From positions 17,286-81,285 of the forward strand of contig JANQRR010000015.1 in NCBI GenBank assembly GCA_028284465.1: a stretch of 64,000 nt of DNA, written 5' to 3'. Numbering within the stretch: the first letter of the stretch is position 1; every line of letters begins with the position of its first letter. Below the pieces are notes generated by a model that worked only from the letters and a program-made list of their open reading frames with translations, was not told where the DNA came from and ran no database searches. The DNA is from Gammaproteobacteria bacterium (GTDB lineage: Bacteria; Pseudomonadota; Gammaproteobacteria; JAJFKO01). The position numbers and the translations under genes are program-made. Below are positions 19,189 through 30,210 of this stretch, in pieces.

Positions 19189-20190
19189 CTAATATTCAAT
19201 GACATTTTTAATTTTACCTTTGAAAATTCGATATGAACTGAAAGTATAAAACATCAATACAGGGATCATGATCACAGCGCCAACCATGGTAAACGCTAAG
19301 GCATAACGTGGTGATGCTGCTTGCCATATGGTAATCGCATGCGGCACGATGTAAGGCCATGAACTATAACCAAAACCAATATAAGCGCATATAAACATCG
19401 TTACACTTAACCAAAAGGGCCAATATTCATGGCGGCGATCGATAGCTATCCAACACCAAATAAATACAATCCCAGTCACGATAGGCAAGATAGCTAAATA
19501 AGGCATTCTTGCTGGATTGAACCATTTAGAATTAATCGTCGGATCAACAAATGGCGTCCATATACTAATCGCAACCATAAATAAAGCAACAATCACAATC
19601 GCAACTTTTGCAAGCTTGTAATATTTTTCTTGTAACTCACCGGTAGTTTTGCCAATCAGTCGTGTCGCGCCTAACAGCGCATAACCAAAAATAACACTTA
19701 CGCCAGTGGTAATACTAAACGGTGTCAGCCATTTATATGCGGGCACCACCAAGTAATGAATATCGGAGCCAAAGCCTTTAACAAATGTTCCTAACAACAA
19801 GCCTTGTAAAAATGCTGCGGCAATAGATCCAAAGGTAAATAATGCTTCCCACTTACGTTTATTATGTGCTTTAGCTTTTAAGCGAAATTCAAAAGTAACG
19901 CCACGAAATAGGAGACATACCACCATTAAAATTAATGGTAAATATAATGTTGGCAAAAGCGTGCTAAATGCTGTTGGGAAAGCACCATACAATGACGCCC
20001 CGCTTAACACTAACCAAGTTTGGTTACCATCCCAGTTTGGTAGCACTGAGCTAAACACAATATCACGATCTTCATCTTTACGGATGAATGGCAGCAAAAT
20101 CCCAGCTCCTAACGTAAAACCATCAAGGATCACGTACATTAAAATACATAAAGCAATAATTGCTCCCCAGCCCATGATTAAATATGTCAT
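19189..20190 (-). CDS. cydB: Cytochrome bd-type quinol oxidase subunit II, short CioB-type.
   Basis: A 333-aa polytopic protein with ...LPNWDGNQTWLV... (the conserved CydB W-DGNQ-W motif). It overlaps cydA by 4 nt. Confidence 0.9.
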   Translation of the reverse strand: MTYLIMGWGAIIALCILMYVILDGFTLGAGILLPFIRKDEDRDIVFSSVLPNWDGNQTWLVLSGASLYGAFPTAFSTLLPTLYLPLILMVVCLLFRGVTFEFRLKAKAHNKRKWEALFTFGSIAAAFLQGLLLGTFVKGFGSDIHYLVVPAYKWLTPFSITTGVSVIFGYALLGATRLIGKTTGELQEKYYKLAKVAIVIVALFMVAISIWTPFVDPTINSKWFNPARMPYLAILPIVTGIVFIWCWIAIDRRHEYWPFWLSVTMFICAYIGFGYSSWPYIVPHAITIWQAASPRYALAFTMVGAVIMIPVLMFYTFSSYRIFKGKIKNVIEY

Positions 20191-21557
20191 TTTTTCTGCT
20201 CCGTCCGTGAACCGACTAAGTAAGTAAATGGCTGATCATAAGATTCTAGTTTTATTTCTGGCCCAGCCCGTAGGATTTTGAATAAAAATTTAAAATAGAA
20301 ATAACCAAAAATGATCCCATAAACGATGACAATTAATGCTAATGAAGTGATGACATGATAAAGATTAACATGCGAGGCACTATAATCTGTGCGCAAATGA
20401 TTATATACAACCCAGGGTTGACGCCCAGTTTCTGCGGTGACCCATCCCGTCCATACAGCGATAAAGCCGATAGGTGCAATCCAAGTGCAGATATGTAAAA
20501 ACCAACGTTTGTCATATAATTTTTTACGGAAGCGCAACCATAAACTGGTGAATACTACTAATAGCATTAATAAACCAAGTCCGACCATAATTCTAAACGC
20601 ATAAAATACGAATGGCACAAAAGGTTGATCTGCTCGTGGCACCGATTTTAAACCGACGAGCTTGCCATCCCAATTATGAGTATTAATGAAAGCGGCACCT
20701 TTTGGAATTTTAAGGGCAAACAAATTCTTTTGTAAGGTCATATCAGGGTAGGCAAAAATTAAAAATGGTGCGCCACGTTGAGTATTCCACACACCTTCCA
20801 TCGCTGCAGTTTTAATCGGTTGATTGCGATGAACTTCTAAACCAACACTATCGCCAACATAAATTTGTACGGGCACTAAAATCGTTAATGCCGCTAAGGT
20901 AAAAGAAAAACATTTTTTGGCGAAATCAAGATGCACTTGTTTTAAGATGTAGTACGCTGACACACTGGTGATCACAAAACCTGTGGTAATGTATGCTGCT
21001 AATAACATATGGAAATAGCGTGGGATCACTGAGGGATTAAAAATAATATGTAACCAATCATCAGCGATGAAACGACCATCTTTAAGCACCACACCATCAG
21101 GGGTTTGCATCCAAGAATTAGCTGATAAGATCCAAAATGCTGATAAGGTCACGCCAACAAACACTAAACACGTTGCAAAATAATGCAATTTAGGCCCCAC
21201 TTTATCCCAGCCAAAGAGCATAACACCTAAGAAACCTGCTTCGATGAAAAATGCGGTTAACACTTCATAAGTGAATAAGGAGCCAAGCACATTGCCGACA
21301 GCATACGTAAAGCCGCTCCAGTTAGTGCCAAATTGAAATTCCATCACGATGCCGGAAACTACGCCCATACCAAAAGTAAGCGCAAATACTTTAGTCCAGA
21401 ATTTACAGATCCGATAATACAGCGGATTTTTGGTTTTTAACCAACAGCCTTCCATGATCGTTAAAAAAGTCACTAAGCCGATACTAAAAGCAGGAAATAA
21501 AATATGAAAACTTACAGTAAAGGCAAATTGAATTCTTGAAAGTATCGCAATATCCAT
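20187..21557 (-). CDS. cydA: Cytochrome bd-type quinol oxidase subunit I with a short Q-loop (CioA-type).
   Basis: MDIAILSRIQFAFTVSFHILFPAFSIGL..., GWVTAETGRQPW and the conserved CydA motifs are present. At 456 aa it is consistent with cyanide-insensitive oxidase type. Confidence 0.9.
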   Translation of the reverse strand: MDIAILSRIQFAFTVSFHILFPAFSIGLVTFLTIMEGCWLKTKNPLYYRICKFWTKVFALTFGMGVVSGIVMEFQFGTNWSGFTYAVGNVLGSLFTYEVLTAFFIEAGFLGVMLFGWDKVGPKLHYFATCLVFVGVTLSAFWILSANSWMQTPDGVVLKDGRFIADDWLHIIFNPSVIPRYFHMLLAAYITTGFVITSVSAYYILKQVHLDFAKKCFSFTLAALTILVPVQIYVGDSVGLEVHRNQPIKTAAMEGVWNTQRGAPFLIFAYPDMTLQKNLFALKIPKGAAFINTHNWDGKLVGLKSVPRADQPFVPFVFYAFRIMVGLGLLMLLVVFTSLWLRFRKKLYDKRWFLHICTWIAPIGFIAVWTGWVTAETGRQPWVVYNHLRTDYSASHVNLYHVITSLALIVIVYGIIFGYFYFKFLFKILRAGPEIKLESYDQPFTYLVGSRTEQKK

Positions 21558-21763
21558 AACAGCAGAATTCCTTGTATAGATCTATCCGATCCGGAAAATT
21601 AAAATACCATGACTATAGTACCGATTCATGATTCATTTCGCAACTTACATAACGGCGTAAATTTCAGCATTTACTGACATTATGCGCGTCGACAGGCCAT
21701 CAAAGTATTGCCATACTGTGATGGTTTTTTTCAATATCATGATTTTTAAGAGGAGACTATGGA

Positions 21764-22054
21764 ATGAAAAAAATTATTATAATGAGCGCATTTGCATTGA
21801 TCCTGGCATTACCATTAACAAGTGTCGCCAGTGTTAATCATCCTATATCACATGCAGTTGGTCAGGTTAATGTCAATAAAGCAGACGCAAAGGCATTAAC
21901 GACAGTAAAAGGCATTGGCGCCAAACGTGCACAAGCGATTGTGGATTATCGACAACAGCATGGTGCGTTTAAGTCAATGGATGACCTTGCTAAGGTTAAA
22001 GGGATCAGCAGCAAAATGGCAGAAAAAATACGCAGCCAGTTAAAGCTTGGTTGA
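21764..22054 (+). CDS. comEA: ComEA-like periplasmic DNA-binding helix-hairpin-helix protein.
   Basis: Signal peptide followed by VNVNKADAKALTTVKGIGAKRAQAIVDYRQQHGAFKSMDDLAKVKGI (tandem HhH). AAGAGGAG RBS. Confidence 0.8.
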   Translation: MKKIIIMSAFALILALPLTSVASVNHPISHAVGQVNVNKADAKALTTVKGIGAKRAQAIVDYRQQHGAFKSMDDLAKVKGISSKMAEKIRSQLKLG

Positions 22055-22146
22055 TAAATCGTTGTACTATGATAAAATTTCATCGCTTCCTAACCATTTA
22101 GATAGCTGGGGAGCGATGATCATACAAATTAGGATTTGAATTCAAA

Positions 22147-23313
22147 ATGAAAGTATTAACCGTGTTTGGAACACGTCCTGAAGCGATTAAGCTTGCCCCT
22201 GTGGTCAAGGCATTACAGGAAGTAGAGCAAATACAAAGTTACATTTGTGTCACTGGCCAGCATCGCCAAATGCTCGATCAAATGTTGGCATTGTTTGCCA
22301 TAACGCCTGATTATGATCTGAAGATTATGCGGCCCGGACAAACTCTTACAGATATCACCACAACAATATTACAGAATCTTAAACCGGTGTTAACGAAGCT
22401 TCAGCCTGATTGGATTATCGTTCAAGGTGATACCACAACCGCGTTTGCGGCAGCGCTTGCAGCATTTTATCAACAAATTGCAGTTGCGCATGTTGAAGCG
22501 GGCTTGCGTACGGGTGATCGTTATTCACCGTGGCCAGAAGAAATGAATCGCAAATTAGCGGGGGCTTTAACAACATTACATTTTCCGCCGACAGAACATG
22601 CGGCGCAGAATTTACAACAAGAAAATATTGCTGCAGATTCTATTATTGTTACGGGTAATACAGTGGTTGATGCATTATTGGAAGTCACTACAAAATTACG
22701 CACCGATCAAACCTTAGCGAATCATATCGCGAGCAATTTTCCATTTTTAGATCCAAATAAAAAACTTATTTTAGTGACAGGGCATCGGCGTGAAAATTTT
22801 GGTGGTGGTTTTGACACTATTTGTCAGGCATTAGCTGAGCTAGCGCAAGATGATAACGTGCAGATTGTTTATCCTGTGCATTTGAATCCGCGAGTGCGCG
22901 AACCGGTTAAGCGTATATTAGGCCAAGCAAATAATATTCATTTAATTGAACCATTAGATTATGTGCCTTTTGCATATTTAATGGATCAAGCATATTTAAT
23001 TTTAACGGATTCAGGCGGTATACAAGAAGAAGCGCCTTCGCTAGGCAAGCCAGTGTTAGTTATGCGTAATACTACTGAACGTCCTGAAGGGGTTATGGCA
23101 GGCACGGCAAAATTAGTTGGTACTGATCGAGAAAAGATTGTCTGTGAAACTAAAACGTTACTCAATGATCAACAAGCGTATTTAGCTATGAGTCGCGTGC
23201 ATAATCCATATGGCGATGGTAATGCTGCCAGTCGAATTGTTGATGCGTTATTGTCATATGGACAGACTAGTTCAGATAAACATTCAACAAAAGTGCTGGA
23301 AAAGATTTCATGA
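22147..23313 (+). CDS. wecB: UDP-N-acetylglucosamine 2-epimerase, non-hydrolysing.
   Basis: [19 protein letters not shown]...[27 protein letters not shown]. are WecB/MnaA motifs. Confidence 0.9.
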   Translation: MKVLTVFGTRPEAIKLAPVVKALQEVEQIQSYICVTGQHRQMLDQMLALFAITPDYDLKIMRPGQTLTDITTTILQNLKPVLTKLQPDWIIVQGDTTTAFAAALAAFYQQIAVAHVEAGLRTGDRYSPWPEEMNRKLAGALTTLHFPPTEHAAQNLQQENIAADSIIVTGNTVVDALLEVTTKLRTDQTLANHIASNFPFLDPNKKLILVTGHRRENFGGGFDTICQALAELAQDDNVQIVYPVHLNPRVREPVKRILGQANNIHLIEPLDYVPFAYLMDQAYLILTDSGGIQEEAPSLGKPVLVMRNTTERPEGVMAGTAKLVGTDREKIVCETKTLLNDQQAYLAMSRVHNPYGDGNAASRIVDALLSYGQTSSDKHSTKVLEKIS

Positions 23314-23843
23314 TTAACATTTACAAAGCGATTCAACCCCATTTAGCGAAATGGTTTGGTTTTCCTGAACAAGACACCTTTTGCCAGGTTGCGACTGTTG
23401 ACAAGAATACACCGCGGAATACACCGTGGGTTAGAACCATGCGTATGCATGCATTGTCTGAAGCTGGAGAAGTAACGTTATTAACGCGCACTAACACCGC
23501 AAAATGGCAGCAGCTACAAGCTTGTCCGAATGTTAGCATTTGTTTAGCCTATCCTGGGCATGGGCAAATTATCGCTTCAGGGCTCGCATCATTAAAGACA
23601 ACAAACGATAATGATGTTGCAGTCAAGGCATGTTGGGAAGAATTGCCGGCTACGATCAAGCGTTATTATCCAACTCAAGAACCAGTGACAGTGGTACCAA
23701 AAGATTTCGGCATGATTGTGATTGCTACCACAGTATGGGAAGTATTACAGATCAATGCACAAGATTATTTTCAGAGTCTTAGAACCTTATTCAGTTTTGC
23801 AGGTAATGCTTGGTATGAGCAAGCAGTTCCGGTCACTAGTTAA
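23310..23843 (+). CDS. Pyridoxamine-5'-phosphate-oxidase-like, FMN-binding split-barrel family protein.
   Basis: 177 aa with a general-stress-protein-26/PNPOx-like profile. It overlaps wecB by 4 nt and is co-transcribed with it. Confidence 0.45.
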   Translation: MINIYKAIQPHLAKWFGFPEQDTFCQVATVDKNTPRNTPWVRTMRMHALSEAGEVTLLTRTNTAKWQQLQACPNVSICLAYPGHGQIIASGLASLKTTNDNDVAVKACWEELPATIKRYYPTQEPVTVVPKDFGMIVIATTVWEVLQINAQDYFQSLRTLFSFAGNAWYEQAVPVTS

Positions 23844-25500
23844 ATGCGTGTAAGATTGCCGCGACATGTTTATCCCACGTATATTTCGCTAACACTTCAT
23901 TTCTTGCATTTTGCCCTAGAGTAGTTTGCCATTGAGGATTTTCAATCACAAACTTTATTGCGCTTAGCAATTGACGAGTATTCCCCGGTTCGGTTAATAC
24001 CGCTAATTCAGAGTTATTGTCAGGTAAGGTTTGAGGTAATTGCTCAACACGTAATGAGTTTTTTAACACTTCGCCAATTTGTTCCAGATCCGATGCAATG
24101 ATCGCTTTGCCCATAGCCATATATTCAAAAAGCTTGGTTGGTGAACCAAAAAAACGACTTCCGTCAGGATTGACTATATGTGGTGACATTAAAATATCAG
24201 CAGCAGCTAAATATAATGGCGCTTGATCTTGCGCCACCAAGCCAGTGCAAATTACATAGTTATCATCACCAGCTTGATTTAAAATTTGCTTCACTAATGC
24301 CATGTTAATGCCATCACCAACCAACATAAAACGTACTTCGTGTTGATCAAGCCAAGTGCGATGCTTATCAATTAACTCACGAATAACTTTTGCTAACACA
24401 TCAACGCCATGCCATTTACCAAATGTGCCGATGAAAGTTAATACTTTAGCAGAGCGACTTAATTGATATTGTTGGCGCAGATCACTAATTGCATCCTGAT
24501 CAAAACGCTGCGGATTAAAAATTTGCGGATCAACACAGTTAGGGTAACAAACGATCCGCTTAGGCTCGATCCCTTTTGCAATTAAATCATCGCGTAAGGC
24601 GTTAGATATAGTTACGATTAAATGCGCATGCCGCAAGCAAATTGTTTCAGCTAAACTTGCCGTGTTTGCAAATCGTAATCCTTTGCCCCAATGCTTTGCC
24701 ACCCAAACTTCAGGGCCATTATATTCTAGCACTAAAGGAATTTTGAAACGCCGCGATAACAATACACCGGAAAAATTGGCAATCGACATTCGTTGATAAA
24801 TAAATTTTGGTTTAATTGCAGCGATATGAGATTGTAATTGAGTGACAAAATTATAATTACAGCGATAATAATTCAGCTCATTAGGGATACTAAAATGTTG
24901 TAATGGATTTATCGTGATAATGTTAATATTAGGATCAAACATTACAGGTTGATACAGTGCGGCATAATGAATGTGATCATTTTGTTTAGCTAGCGCATTA
25001 ATGACTCCGGCAATATGGCCCACTGAACCACCGGTGTTGACGCCATACCACAAATTTGCATTTAAATAGACAATCGCATCATTATCATGCGTATTTATTT
25101 TTAATCGCGGTTTGCGTTGTAATAATCGCAATTCAAGATGACTACGCAAGGCTGACATTAATGAGATAAATGAAGTAAATCCTAATTGTGGAATAGCAGC
25201 TAATAAAGCCAATTTAGTATAGGTTTGTTGCTGTAGAGTAGGATCAATCACGATAGCTTGTGAACAGCCAGTAAAGCAAGCAAGAATTTTTAAGATTGAT
25301 AAAATCGGCCGACTATTCTCACTGTTAACGATCAAATATAATGGCTGTTGTTTCATCGAGCGTAGGCGTCGCCATAATTGCCACCACGATAATTTATGCA
25401 GCTCTGCTAGGGTGATAAAGGTGCAGGGGGTATCGATTTGGTTGCCAAACTGTTGTTGAGCTTGGGTTGTCAATGAGTAAGGGCTGAGCACAAATGCCAT
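23836..25500 (-). CDS. GT4 glycosyltransferase (GT-B fold) with an N-terminal extension. It is a paralogue of the GT domain in the 47288-50035 gene.
   Basis: FIGTFGKWHGVDVL, FFGSPTKLFEYMAMGKAIIASD (the E-x7-E region) and a long shared identity with FTGTFGAWHGIDVL / FFGSPTKLFEYMALGTGIIASD of the 915-aa protein. Confidence 0.75.
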   Translation of the reverse strand: MAFVLSPYSLTTQAQQQFGNQIDTPCTFITLAELHKLSWWQLWRRLRSMKQQPLYLIVNSENSRPILSILKILACFTGCSQAIVIDPTLQQQTYTKLALLAAIPQLGFTSFISLMSALRSHLELRLLQRKPRLKINTHDNDAIVYLNANLWYGVNTGGSVGHIAGVINALAKQNDHIHYAALYQPVMFDPNINIITINPLQHFSIPNELNYYRCNYNFVTQLQSHIAAIKPKFIYQRMSIANFSGVLLSRRFKIPLVLEYNGPEVWVAKHWGKGLRFANTASLAETICLRHAHLIVTISNALRDDLIAKGIEPKRIVCYPNCVDPQIFNPQRFDQDAISDLRQQYQLSRSAKVLTFIGTFGKWHGVDVLAKVIRELIDKHRTWLDQHEVRFMLVGDGINMALVKQILNQAGDDNYVICTGLVAQDQAPLYLAAADILMSPHIVNPDGSRFFGSPTKLFEYMAMGKAIIASDLEQIGEVLKNSLRVEQLPQTLPDNNSELAVLTEPGNTRQLLSAIKFVIENPQWQTTLGQNARNEVLAKYTWDKHVAAILHAFN

Positions 25501-25620
25501 AAATCAATAATCCAGGTTCTGAGTTGAATTGAGCAAATTGTAACATGTAATAAAGACCTTGAAAAAGCCGCGCATAATTAATACCATGTAGCAAATTTTT
25601 GCAGTGAGTTCCCACATAAA

Positions 25621-26829
25621 ATGTTTAAAAAAATAACAGTTGTTGGTTTGGGTTATATTGGCTTGCCTACGGCCAGCTTATTGGCAACCAAGGGTTTCAT
25701 GGTTCAAGGCTGTGATGTCAGTCCGCAAGTCGTAGAAACTATCAATCGTGGCGATGTTCACATTGAAGAGCGCGATCTGGACTTATTAGTGAAATCAGCG
25801 GTTAATAGTGGGCATTTAAAAGCATCGCTAACGCCTGAGCCTGCTGATGTCTTCATTATTGCGGTGCCAACGCCTTTTAAGGAAGGTCATAGCCCAGATT
25901 TAAGTTATATTGAAGCAGCTGCTAAAGCTATTGCCCCACAGTTACAGCCAGGTAATTTAGTGATCCTTGAATCCACCAGCCCGGTTGGCACTACTGAAAA
26001 ACTAGCCGATTGGCTTGATGCTAGTACGAAACAGATCTATTTAGCGCATTGCCCTGAAAGAGTGCTTCCCGGGCAAATTATTCGCGAATTAGTCGATAAC
26101 GATCGGATCATTGGTGGTATTGATCCGGCTTCTGCAGAACACGCTAAACAATTTTATCAGCAGTTTGTTAATGGCGAAATTTTATTAACGAATGCGCGCA
26201 CGGCGGAACTCGCTAAATTAGTTGAGAATGCTTATCGCGATGTTAATATCGCTTTTGCCAATGAATTATCGATGATCTGTGAACAGCTTGATATTGATGT
26301 TTGGGAACTCATTCAATTAGCTAACCGTCATCCGCGCGTTAACATCCTACAGCCAGGGCCAGGAGTTGGCGGTCATTGCATCGCCGTTGATCCGTGGTTT
26401 ATCGTCGATGCGGCGCCGCAAACGGCAAAACTAATTAAAACCGCGCGTGAAGTTAATAATGCTAAGCCAGAAACGATTATTGCTAAAGTTACCAAGCATG
26501 CCAAAGCATTGCATTATCCGGTAATCGCTTGTTTAGGCTTAGCGTATAAAGCGAATATTGACGATTTGCGGGAGAGTCCGGCATTAGCGATTGTTGAACA
26601 ATTAGCGCAATTGCAAGTTGGTAAGATCATGGCAGTAGAGCCACATATTGATGCATTACCAGGCGCATTGAAAAACCATGCTGATAATGTTTGTTTAGCT
26701 TCATGCCATGAAGCGTTACAAGAAGCTAATATCATTGTATTGCTTGTTGATCATCAAGCTTTCGCGGATCTTGATCATGAACTGTTGCAAGAAAAAATTG
26801 TGATTGATACGCGAGGCTTGTGGCGCTAG
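25621..26829 (+). CDS. wecC: UDP-N-acetyl-D-mannosamine dehydrogenase.
   Basis: ITVVGLGYIGLPTA Rossmann motif, GGHC catalytic Cys and a 402-aa UDP-glucose/GDP-mannose dehydrogenase family protein adjacent to wecB. Confidence 0.85.
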   Translation: MFKKITVVGLGYIGLPTASLLATKGFMVQGCDVSPQVVETINRGDVHIEERDLDLLVKSAVNSGHLKASLTPEPADVFIIAVPTPFKEGHSPDLSYIEAAAKAIAPQLQPGNLVILESTSPVGTTEKLADWLDASTKQIYLAHCPERVLPGQIIRELVDNDRIIGGIDPASAEHAKQFYQQFVNGEILLTNARTAELAKLVENAYRDVNIAFANELSMICEQLDIDVWELIQLANRHPRVNILQPGPGVGGHCIAVDPWFIVDAAPQTAKLIKTAREVNNAKPETIIAKVTKHAKALHYPVIACLGLAYKANIDDLRESPALAIVEQLAQLQVGKIMAVEPHIDALPGALKNHADNVCLASCHEALQEANIIVLLVDHQAFADLDHELLQEKIVIDTRGLWR

Positions 26830-28721
26830 TGTGTGGGATAGCCGGTGCAATTGTTTTTGATGATTGGCAATTAAGTGAAGATTACTTATTAGCGATGCGT
26901 GATTCAATGATCCATCGTGGTCCTGATGGGGCTGGCATTTGGCTTTCCCCACAGCGCAAAGTTGGTTTGGCACATCGACGATTATCTATTATTGATTTAT
27001 CCTCCAATGCTTCGCAACCGATGACGTTTGCGGATGAACGTTATTGCTTAACATTTAACGGTGAAATATATAATCATGCAGAGCTACGCCAAGAGTTGCA
27101 GCAACTAGGTCATCAACAATGGCAGACTGATCATTCCGATACAGAAGTGGTTTTACGCGCGTTTGCACAATGGGGCATTGCTTGCGTAGAAAAGTTTCGT
27201 GGCATGTTTGCCTTCGCTATTTGGGATGCACAGCAACAAACGTTATGGCTAGTGCGCGATCGAATTGGCATAAAACCATTATATTACAGTGTGCATCACA
27301 ACCGCTTAACGTTTGCTTCAGAAATTAAAGCGTTATTAACCGATCCACAACAACCGCGTGCGGTAAATGAGCAAGCATTATTTCATTATTTATCTTTTCT
27401 AACCACGCCAGCACCTCAAACATTATTTGCGGGCATTAACAAATTACCTAATGGCACATGGTTAAAAGTAACTGCCAACGGTGACATTCAACAACAACGC
27501 TATTGGGATGTGTGGGATCATGTTAAGCCATTAACGCAACAAAGTGATGATGATATTGCTGATCAAGTGCTTGAAGAATTACGCACTGCAGTCAATTATC
27601 GTAAAGTTGGTGATGTGCCAATGGGTGTGTTCTTATCGGGCGGGATTGATTCAAGTACTAATGCAGCATTGTTTTCAGCAGGTGAAACTCAGCCAATTAA
27701 TACCTTTTCCATTGGTTATGATCATGATTATGCTAGTTATCAAAATGAATTACACCATGCCAAAGCTGTAGCGCAAATGGTTAATGCAAATTATCATGAA
27801 AAATTATTAACGGTTGACGATTTACTAGCGTTTTTACCTGAAATGATCCGTTTGCAGGATGAGCCAATTGGTGACCCGGTTTGTGTGCCAGTATATTATG
27901 TATCAAAATTAGCGCGAGAACAGGGCACGATTGTCTGCCAAGTCGGTGAAGGGGCAGATGAATTATTTTGTGGTTATCCCAGTTGGAAAATCAAATGGCA
28001 ATTGCAGCAATATAATAATTTACCGGCAACAGGATTGTTAAAACGTGGTTTGTTAAGCATGTTACATAAAATGGGTAAAGGTGAATCCATCCCATATGAA
28101 TTACTGCGCCGTGGCGTAAATGATGTACCGATCTTTTGGGGTGGAGCAGAAGCATTTACGTATACCCAAAAGCATCAATTGTTAGCGCCACGTTTACAAC
28201 AGCAATTTAAAGATTATTCATCGTGGGAAGCTATTAAACCGTTGTACCAACATTTCCAACAACGTGCGTGGCAGCCATCAACTTTAAATTGGATGAGTTA
28301 TATCGATCTCAATTTACGTTTGCCGGAATTATTATTAATGCGGGTTGATAAAATGAGTATGGGAGTGAGTTTAGAAGCGCGAGTGCCATTCCTAGATCAT
28401 AAATTTGTGGAATTAGCCATGAGTATTCCAAGTGAAGTTAAATTTAGACATAAGCGTTTAAAGCATATTTTAAAACATGCCGTGCGTAACGTGATCCCTG
28501 CAAACATCATTAACCGTAAAAAGCAAGGTTTTGGGGTGCCTGTGCATGAATGGTTGCTGGATCGTCTTGGTGCTCAGGCAAGCCAACAGCTCAATAATTT
28601 CTGTGATCAGTGTGATTTATTAGATAAACGTAAAGTACAGCAGTTTATTGCGCATAATAAGGGGCATCAAGTGTGGTATTTGTTGAATTTGGCATTGTGG
28701 TGGCAAGAATATATTGCTTAA
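26829..28721 (+). CDS. Asparagine-synthase-like class-II glutamine amidotransferase (AsnB/WbpS-like). Probable uronic-acid amidation.
   Basis: GTG start giving (M)CGIAG, the N-terminal nucleophile Cys. HRGPD, SGGIDSS (PP-loop SGGxDS) and DRMSM motifs are present. Confidence 0.85.
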   Translation: MCGIAGAIVFDDWQLSEDYLLAMRDSMIHRGPDGAGIWLSPQRKVGLAHRRLSIIDLSSNASQPMTFADERYCLTFNGEIYNHAELRQELQQLGHQQWQTDHSDTEVVLRAFAQWGIACVEKFRGMFAFAIWDAQQQTLWLVRDRIGIKPLYYSVHHNRLTFASEIKALLTDPQQPRAVNEQALFHYLSFLTTPAPQTLFAGINKLPNGTWLKVTANGDIQQQRYWDVWDHVKPLTQQSDDDIADQVLEELRTAVNYRKVGDVPMGVFLSGGIDSSTNAALFSAGETQPINTFSIGYDHDYASYQNELHHAKAVAQMVNANYHEKLLTVDDLLAFLPEMIRLQDEPIGDPVCVPVYYVSKLAREQGTIVCQVGEGADELFCGYPSWKIKWQLQQYNNLPATGLLKRGLLSMLHKMGKGESIPYELLRRGVNDVPIFWGGAEAFTYTQKHQLLAPRLQQQFKDYSSWEAIKPLYQHFQQRAWQPSTLNWMSYIDLNLRLPELLLMRVDKMSMGVSLEARVPFLDHKFVELAMSIPSEVKFRHKRLKHILKHAVRNVIPANIINRKKQGFGVPVHEWLLDRLGAQASQQLNNFCDQCDLLDKRKVQQFIAHNKGHQVWYLLNLALWWQEYIA

Positions 28722-28727
28722 AGGAAA

Positions 28728-30134
28728 ATGTGTATTATGGAAAGACCGTTAAGAATTTTAGTGTTATACAATGAGAAGCAGCTGTTAATTAATCCAGAGT
28801 TTGACCTCATTAAAAGTTTTGCGCAGTATTCAAAGCATGAGATTTGGTATCTTACAATTTATCGGGAAATGCCGGAAGCGTTAGATCTAACAGCATTTGA
28901 TGTGGTTATTTTAAGTTACTCGGTATTGCTCAATCAAACCAATAGTGCCATGACAGGCGAATTATCTACGTTATTTTCACAAGCATTACAAGCATACCAG
29001 GGATATAAAATTGCTTTTATCCAAAATGAGCATGAAAACACCAATAACTTACGAGCAAATATCCTTAAACTTGGGATTGATACCGTCTACACTCATGTGC
29101 CCGAGGCTTATATTTCCCAAGTGTTTCCACCAAAACAATTTCCTCAAACCAGATTTATGGCATTAACTACCGGGTTTGTGCCATTGTCACAGCCATTATT
29201 TGACCAGCTAATAAAGCCACTACATGAGCGTCGTTGGGTGATAGGTTATCGCAGCATCATACCACCTTTCTGGCATGGTCAATTAGCGCGTGAAAAAGTC
29301 TTGATTGGTGAACGTATGCAGCGGGAGTGTAGTAAACGAGGGATCGCCGCTAATATCAATTGGAAGTTATCATACGGTAATTCTTGGTATCGTTATTTAG
29401 CAAAGTGTAAAGCAACGTTGGCAACAGAAGTAGGAGTTAACGTTTTTGATGTTGATGGAAGTATTCGTCAGCACGTTACTTCACTTATACAACAAACTTC
29501 CGATCTTAGTTATGACACGCTGTATGAAAACTTTTTGCATCAGCATGACAATAAAATCCAAATGAATCAAATATCACCGAAAGTTTACGAAGCAGCAAGC
29601 TTAAAAACGGCATTAATTTTATTTGAAGGAGAGCATTCAGGTGTAGTTGAGCCTAACAAACACTATATTCCACTCAAAAAAGATTTTAGCAATCTTAATG
29701 ATGTTTTTAATAAATTAGCTGATAATAATTATTTGCAACAGATAACAGAGCAAGCGTATGAAGATATTATTCAAACTGACAAATATCATTATAAACATTT
29801 CATTGCGAGATTGGATGCAAAACTATCTGAAGTTGTGGCGACGCGATCATCAGTTGCTGCAACCCAGTCAACAATGCGGTATCTTAATGTTAATATGTTC
29901 AAGAATAAGTCGAATTTTATTCCATTATTGTCTCTTCCTACAGATAAGCCGTTGCGAATAGAACAATTATCGGCATATCAATCCTGGGGGCTTGAACCAG
30001 CGTTCATTAATGCTCAATACAATCAATTAGAGACATTGACACTGTCATTTCTAGGTAAGCAAATCCAGGTAGCGTTGCCGCGAAGAATATTTTTAGCATT
30101 ACGCGCATTAAGGCGTAAGATTGTTGGTTTATGA
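28728..30134 (+). CDS. Hypothetical 468-aa protein of unknown family. It is a paralogue of 35270-36589.
   Basis: Shares blocks with the 439-aa protein: KATLATE.G.NVFD, KMNQISPK, HYIPLKKDFSN and an N-terminal ILVLY...FDVVIL.YS motif. Confidence 0.6.
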   Translation: MCIMERPLRILVLYNEKQLLINPEFDLIKSFAQYSKHEIWYLTIYREMPEALDLTAFDVVILSYSVLLNQTNSAMTGELSTLFSQALQAYQGYKIAFIQNEHENTNNLRANILKLGIDTVYTHVPEAYISQVFPPKQFPQTRFMALTTGFVPLSQPLFDQLIKPLHERRWVIGYRSIIPPFWHGQLAREKVLIGERMQRECSKRGIAANINWKLSYGNSWYRYLAKCKATLATEVGVNVFDVDGSIRQHVTSLIQQTSDLSYDTLYENFLHQHDNKIQMNQISPKVYEAASLKTALILFEGEHSGVVEPNKHYIPLKKDFSNLNDVFNKLADNNYLQQITEQAYEDIIQTDKYHYKHFIARLDAKLSEVVATRSSVAATQSTMRYLNVNMFKNKSNFIPLLSLPTDKPLRIEQLSAYQSWGLEPAFINAQYNQLETLTLSFLGKQIQVALPRRIFLALRALRRKIVGL

Positions 30135-30210
30135 TGATTGATGCAGATGGATGTAGATGCTAAAATGCAGCACATTCTTGCTAGCATGATGTTAATTTAT
30201 GGAGATAAAT

